Part shown: in pieces, positions 54,700 through 64,000 of the stretch
Numbering within the stretch: the first letter of the stretch is position 1
Layout of the letters: every line of letters starts with the position of its first letter
Assembly (NCBI GenBank): GCA_964016885.1
Contig: OZ024745.1
Span: forward strand, 47,368,001 to 47,432,000
Reading direction: 5' to 3'
Origin: Eledone cirrhosa
Lineage: Eukaryota
DNA: 64,000 bases
The notes under the pieces: model-generated
Database searches by the model: none
The model's input: only the letters and a program-made list of their open reading frames with translations
Told to the model about the DNA's origin: nothing
Translations under genes and position numbers: made by a program

Positions 54700-54726
54700 C
54701 ACACATACACATACATATACACATAC

Positions 54727-54817
<91 letters not shown>

Positions 54818-54850
54818 TACATATATATATATATATACACACATATATAT

Positions 54851-54911
<61 letters not shown>

Positions 54912-54925
54912 TATATATATATATA
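54565..54925. repeat. (TA)n/(CA)n/(TG)n microsatellite
   Basis: Direct inspection. Confidence 0.95.
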
Positions 54926-55278
54926 TCATCATCATCATCATCATCAACGTTTAACGTCCGTGTTCCACGCTTGCATGGGTTTGGACGGGGGTTTTCCCAC
55001 TTGAGGCAAGAGTGATTGTCCTGCTCGCATAGGACTGTCTGGCAGGTTTTCTACAGTTGGATGCCCTTCCTAATACCAACCACATTTACAGTGTGGGTCT
55101 GGGAGGTTTTTACCGTGTTGCCTACACGGCCACATTACAGCGTGGACTGTGTGTTTTTTGTCGTGACACCTACACGATCTCATTTGTTTCGGCCTGGATG
55201 GTGTGGCACCAACATAACTTTACATAGAAGGGGGGCGGTGTGGATGGGGTGGGGGTGGTGGGACGGGGGTGTATTTTG
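54925..55278 (-). mobile_element. Young RTE 3'-UTR repeat
   Basis: Nearly identical to 59412-59657 and close to 12205-12550. Confidence 0.9.
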
Positions 55279-55287
55279 TATATACAC

Positions 55288-55348
<61 letters not shown>

Positions 55349-55369
55349 CATATATATACATATATATAT

Positions 55370-55577
55370 ATATTGTTATACTTTGGGAGGGTCATGTTGC
55401 CAATAAGAAACACACGCACCAGTTGCTTTCACTTCAATTTATTATAATAAATTGAAGTGAAAGCAACTGGTGCGTGTGTTTCTTATTGGCAACATGACCC
55501 TCCCAAAGTATAACAATATCGGTTTCAACACACGTTTTCAGATAAAGAATCTTGCTAAACAAATTCAGAAACGAAAT
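55370..55577. repeat. Perfect 150-bp spacerless palindrome (55370-55519) plus a 58-bp tail
   Basis: Centre atta|taat at 55444/55445; arms match base for base by eye; (TA)n on both sides. Confidence 0.95.
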
Positions 55578-55600
55578 ATATATATATATCTATATATACA

Positions 55601-55728
<128 letters not shown>

Positions 55729-55849
55729 GAAGGAAATGTGGTAAGGAACCAGGTGGACCATAACGCACCAAAGTACTCAATACTTAGGGTAGTAGAGTGG
55801 GTAATAGGAACCAGTAAAGAAGCCTTCAATACATCAAAAGTCTTTATTA

Positions 55850-55887
55850 GCCAACAATGTTTCGTCCTATTAAGGACTCATCTGGGC
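55850..55887 (-). ncRNA. Minimal type I hammerhead motif in the Penelope 3' end; core variant CAGAUGA
   Basis: Minus strand: GCC CAGATGA GTCCT TAAT AGGAC GAAAC ATT GTT GGC, followed by TAATAAA. Confidence 0.75.
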
Positions 55888-57481
55888 AAGTAAAGCTACA
55901 AGAAGCACTATCAGCCAATACAAGCCAAAAACTCAGAAGAATATGGAGTATACATCTATTAAAGCTTAGCCAACTTTTCCTTGATATCTTTCCTAAGACC
56001 AAGAGTGAGCAGTTACAAACATAGATATAGACCAAATAGCAAGGAAGTGATTAACATGTTGAACCCACATTGTAAATATTGTATAATGTAAAAACTTGAA
56101 ACACAAATGGCAATATAATGCGAGAATTACAGTACGATATAGAATATAATATAATATAATAGATGGTGATAATAAAAAGCTTAATATATGCATATATATA
56201 TCCACATATATATACATTAGTACAAACACAAACTAACACTTATTAAGTATCTAAACATATATATATATAATGTTTACAGTTTAATATAATAAAGATAAAA
56301 ATAAGAGTAAAGAAAAAAATAAAAATAAAATATAATATATAATTCCCTGTCAGTGTGCATAAACAATATAAAAACATTATAATAACATTATAATAACAAT
56401 ATTATAATATATTGGCATCAAAAGATATACAAAATTACATCATATATATAATTCAAGGTTAACAAATAGTATAAAGTTTTACACAGGGTAAGAATCATAT
56501 AGAACTAAATTGTGTTGAAAAAATATCTATACCATTGCAACAAATACACGGAGGTCAAGTCATTTTACATTGGCATAAATATTACCAAAATATCACAAAA
56601 TATTACAAAATATAACAGAACAGTACTTCAAATAACATATATTAAAATCTATAATACGATTACATAAAAATGATATGATATAACAACGTTAATATCAAAC
56701 AGAGTCTAAGGAAATGCTTAATATATATATTTACGTGGTTGACATACACAGACATATATTAATGAAGTTAGATGAATCCAACAGAGAGCGTGTGGTAGTA
56801 AAAAAATAAATAAAATAAACCGAAGATCGAAAAACAAAAACAAGTATATTTACTTAGGTGTCACAAGCGGTTAAGTAAAAGAAAAGATAAAAATGTAAAC
56901 GGAGAATTGACTAGAAAACCTTTTTAAATTAATTAATATTAAAAGTATTTAAAATACATATTTAGTCACTTCAAAATTGGCTAGGGTTTAAGTCATCAAA
57001 AACGTATAAGTTTAAGATATTTCAATAAAATTATCAAGAATAGAGTAAAATATGCTCCGTTCAGTCGAATAACGTTATCAAACAAAAGGACTCTAAATAG
57101 AACTATGGTAGACCAATGTGAACAGAAAGAAGAGAGGTTATGGAGGATAGGAAGGAGCATAAAAGTAAAATCAATATATTATATAATATCATAAAAGGAG
57201 CATAAAGGTGAAATTTATATATAGTATAATAGAAGGGGCGGATATTAAGTGTGTAGAGGAGGAGGTACATTAGTTGAATGAGACTCCAACCAAAGTATTT
57301 AATAAGATATAAACTCATAAGGTGTTAGTAGTGAAACTATAATAATGCTTAAGAAGATAGATAGGGTGTGGTAGCCAAAAGACTATGGAAACTAAAATCA
57401 AAAAGCTGTAAAAAACTAATAATAATAAAGATGATGGTAATCAAAATGAACCTAAACAAAAAAGATAAGGAAATATAGCAG

Positions 57482-60413
57482 CTAATGGATACGATTTAAA
57501 CTACCATAACTTTTAGGTCTATAATAGAAGAAAGAATTAGAAATGGCATGGGGGCAGGAAGAAAATATCTCAGACTTTCTATTAAGCAAAACTTCCCTAG
57601 AGAAAATTATAGAGTGGGTCTCTAGGATACAGAGATTACAGAATTTAGTGTGTGTTGATAGGTTATTAGAGCGTGCTACTATACGCCAATTAAGGCTATA
57701 TGGCATGCCAGCCCCTTTAAGATCCCAGATATGGTGTGCTAAAGAAGTAGAGTTCTTAAACTTAACATGCTTAAAATTAGAGATATGAGAATTAAACCTA
57801 GTTTTAAAAGTATTAGATGTGGAGCCTATATATGAGCTATTAGAAGAATTAGTCTTAACTTCACAAGCATAAACAATGTTCCTAGAGAGGCAGTGACCAT
57901 TTAAAGGGCAGTTAATACTTACTCTACAGTTACACTTCCGGGTGCTATTGACCGGCTGAATGAGTGATGCATCACTCCTAGGGTTATTATGAGATAAGGT
58001 CTGCTCAGGTGGTAAGGCATTAATGGATCTATCAAGACTAGTAGTACGCAAAGAGGAGTAGCTGTCCCTAATTTTCTTATTGTTAGTGCTAGCTAAATGA
58101 GAACTAATATTAGGGGTGGTAGAGAATGATAGTTTAATTACATTTTTATTAAAAATACCATGGTATTTATTAGTAGGAGAAAAATTTTTCTCTAAGATAG
58201 AAAAGAAAGACCTAGGAATGTTAGTTAATACTTCATGATCATAAGGCGGGTTAAAATAAGTATTCAGTCTCCTCCTATTTCTAACCTTACCAACTCTACC
58301 GTTATCCAGTATCCCACTAATAGGATCAGGGTTACTACGAGGACTAGTTGAAACAACATTATTAGAAGCAGCCAAAACCCTATTGAGTCTCCTTCTGTTT
58401 CTACCTTTAGTATATCTACTGTTATCTGGAATCATATCAATAGGATTAGGGTTACTACCAGGATCAGTTGAAACAACACTATTAGAATTAGTAAAAACAT
58501 TACCACTGGGTGAGCGATCAGAGTGCCTAACTTGTTCCCTAGAACTAATCCCGAAAAGTGTACCATTAGACTCACTATTACGATTACGGTAGCTTAACCT
58601 ATGGATGGGTTCGGATACACTTATGGGATTTCTACAATTCTTATGCTTTCTACTCCCATTCATGGCCATATTATGGGATATTATGTTATTATTATTATGG
58701 GTAAACGGAGACTTTCTAAGGTTGTTCTCATTATAACGTATTTTACCAGAGTAACCAGAGTTAGCTAGGGTATTATTATAGTACTCTGCATGTGAATTAA
58801 ATATTCCTATATCCTTAGAGAGTGTGGAAATTCTATTAGATACACCGTTAATTATAGAGCTAATCATAGATTTGGGGTGGTTAGAATTGGGATTAACATA
58901 AGAGAGTATCTCATTTGGCTTATGGAAGGGTTTATAACTATTAGTGACCAAGTCCAAAGTCACATCTAAAAAGTTGACCGCTCTATCATTTCTATCAATC
59001 GTGATCGAAAGGTTAAAATTTTTTTAAGATTTATAAAGTTTCTTCCTATTATGCTCAATGTTATTGGTGCTAGAGTTTATCACAAACAATGCATCGTCAC
59101 GATAAAGTCCGCCTTTAAAGTGCGGAAAGGTAACATACAGTTCATTTAGGAGGAACAGCCCAACAAGATCAGTTACCTGGGCCGAATCACTCGAACCCAT
59201 TGTAACATCGAAATTGTTGGGTGTGTTTTTACGCGTCCAAAGTGTATCCTCGAATTTGATGATAGTCCTACGGGCTGCTAGTATAACATCAATCTGCGGT
59301 CGTGTAAGGCTAGATACTCGCATGGCCATAATTAAGGCTTTATTAAGGAGGATAGGTGAAATCGACATGTAATAGGCATCAATATCAAACTGGATAAACC
59401 TACTAGACTCATCATCATCAACGTTTAACGTCCGTGTTCCACGCTTGCATGGGTTTGGACGGGGGTTTTCCCACTTGAGGCAAGAGTGATTGTCTTGCTC
59501 GCATAGGACTGTCTGGCAGGTTTTCTACAGTTGGATGCCCTTCCTAACACCAACCACATTTACAGTGTGGGTCTGGGAGGTTTTTACCGTGTTGCCTACA
59601 CGGCCACATTACAGCGTGGACTGTGTGTTTTTTTGTCGTGACACCTACACGATCTCAAGTTTATTAATACCAGAGAACCAATCTATAACATCCTTAGTGT
59701 TCCCCCATAGATTAAAATGAACCTTTTCCCTAACGGCTGGTATAATCAGGTCAAGGATTTTCTTACTAATTATAGCTATATCAGACTTAGAAGGACTAAT
59801 GAGTCTAACAGAAGGATTACTAATGAAGTCTACCTTATGATCCTTAAGAGTGAATCTCGGTTCCCTAGGGTAATATGGCTGGGTATACTTATCAAGGCCC
59901 AGGTCCGAAACTATCTTGAGACCCTCATTATTGATATTATCAAAATTATCTTGCGTTGTCTTTTTGTAATTTTTATGCAGCTCCTTATAAATAAAATTAC
60001 GGTAAGCATTGTAATCCATAGAGTAAAGATTCTTAGTCTTGTCAGCCGGGACAAGAATAGACTTATTCCCTTTAAAATCCTTAACAATATTCTTAAGTTT
60101 AGACTGGAACCTGTCGAACTTATTATAGTTCCCATATCTATTATACGGCCTATACTTTATATTTTTGACAAGGGAAAGTAAATCGTTCTTAAAATTATCT
60201 AATAGAACATTATGCGGCGGGCTCTTATAAGTTATTGAAACGAGTCCTATCCCGGGGGTCAATCCCATTCCTATTAATATCAAAGTGGAAAGCACGCCAT
60301 CTAATCCTTTTTACGAAGGAGTTAACACTAGCAATTAAGAGTTTTTCATAAGTATTTCTAGAGGGGATGGGAATATTCTTCAGAGATAAAGGCAGGTAGC
60401 TCTTTGTTAGCAT
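57482..60413 (-). pseudogene. Disrupted Penelope-like polyprotein (about 890 aa when repaired)
   Basis: ORF pieces 60225-60443, 59645-60295, 59024-59368 and 57482-58963; the last three are in the same frame; in-frame TAA at 59024-59026. Confidence 0.88.
59412..59657 (-). mobile_element. 246-bp RTE 3'-UTR insertion in the Penelope RT
   Basis: CTCA at both junctions (59408-59411 and 59654-59657); removing it restores NKLESSRFIQFDIDAYYMSI. Confidence 0.93.
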
Positions 60414-60430
60414 ACTGTCAGATATATATA

Positions 60431-60641
60431 AAGGCCAAAACACCGGTATATAGGAAGAAGCTCAACCAATCGGGAGCCGTAACAAGAATTAAAATACTAG
60501 AGTGTGTTGGAGTTAAACACCTTGGTTTATTTTTTATAATTCTTCGGCTCTGTTTAATTACATTGAGCTATATCTTATACTGTCATTTCTTTAATATGAA
60601 GAGGGTGTTTAACTCCAACACACTCTAGTATTTTAATTCTT
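60431..60641. repeat. Fold-back element; perfect 38-bp arms 60484-60521 / 60604-60641 plus a 53-bp tail
   Basis: aagaattaaaatactagagtgtgttggagttaaacacc and its exact reverse complement; TA tracts on both flanks. Confidence 0.9.
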
Positions 60642-61559
<918 letters not shown>

Positions 61560-61846
61560 GGAATAGAATGAAACGAAATTTCATTTCTCACTCTTAGTAC
61601 GGCACTTACTTAAATGTAAGTATGTATGTATACGTACATACATATATGTATACAGACGTACAGTAGCATGTATATATATATATACATACAGGCACACATA
61701 TATATATGCACCTATCAGTTTACCGAACATTTATTATAATGCTCGGTTTGTTCGTTTGTAAACAAACAAACAGCCTGAATTACGCCGTACAGTGTTTAGG
61801 CAACCACGTCACCTTTTTGTTCAACACTGACACAGGAACGATGTAC

Positions 61847-64000
<2,154 letters not shown>

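Noticed and set aside
59024-59026. Programmed stop read-through or selenocysteine in the Penelope ORF
   Set aside because: The codon is TAA, not TGA, and is most simply a TTA-to-TAA nonsense change in a copy that is already disrupted.

Overview
AT-rich, microsatellite-dense animal genomic DNA. The repeat landscape suggests a coleoid cephalopod such as Octopus, but this is inference. The whole window lies inside one + strand gene that I read as UNC80 (NALCN channelosome subunit). Seven GT-AG exons with compatible phases (1341-1497, 21904-22131, 41310-41497, 42778-42993, 44950-45085, 46670-46933, 49104-49220; 1306 nt, about 435 codons) splice into one open frame across introns of up to about 20 kb. 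The introns hold RTE-clade LINEs (one nearly full length), a Tx1/L1-like 3' fragment, an RLE-type (R4/Dong-like) fragment, tRNA-derived SINEs, piggyBac-, Tigger- and hAT-like MITEs and a 44-bp minisatellite grown from a SINE tail. They also hold a near-complete Penelope-like element (RT plus GIY-YIG) with a minimal hammerhead ribozyme motif in its 3' end. The most striking pattern is at least eight asymmetric fold-back elements sitting in (TA)n tracts, all built as (TA)n-tail-arm-spacer-inverted arm-(TA)n. One shares its tail with the Penelope 3' end and one carries its own hammerhead. I interpret them as footprints of a TA-targeting, ribozyme-bearing Penelope-like system that seeds dsRNA hairpins into a neuronal pre-mRNA. 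Most long ORFs in the supplied track (YI/CV/HT repeats) are microsatellite artefacts.
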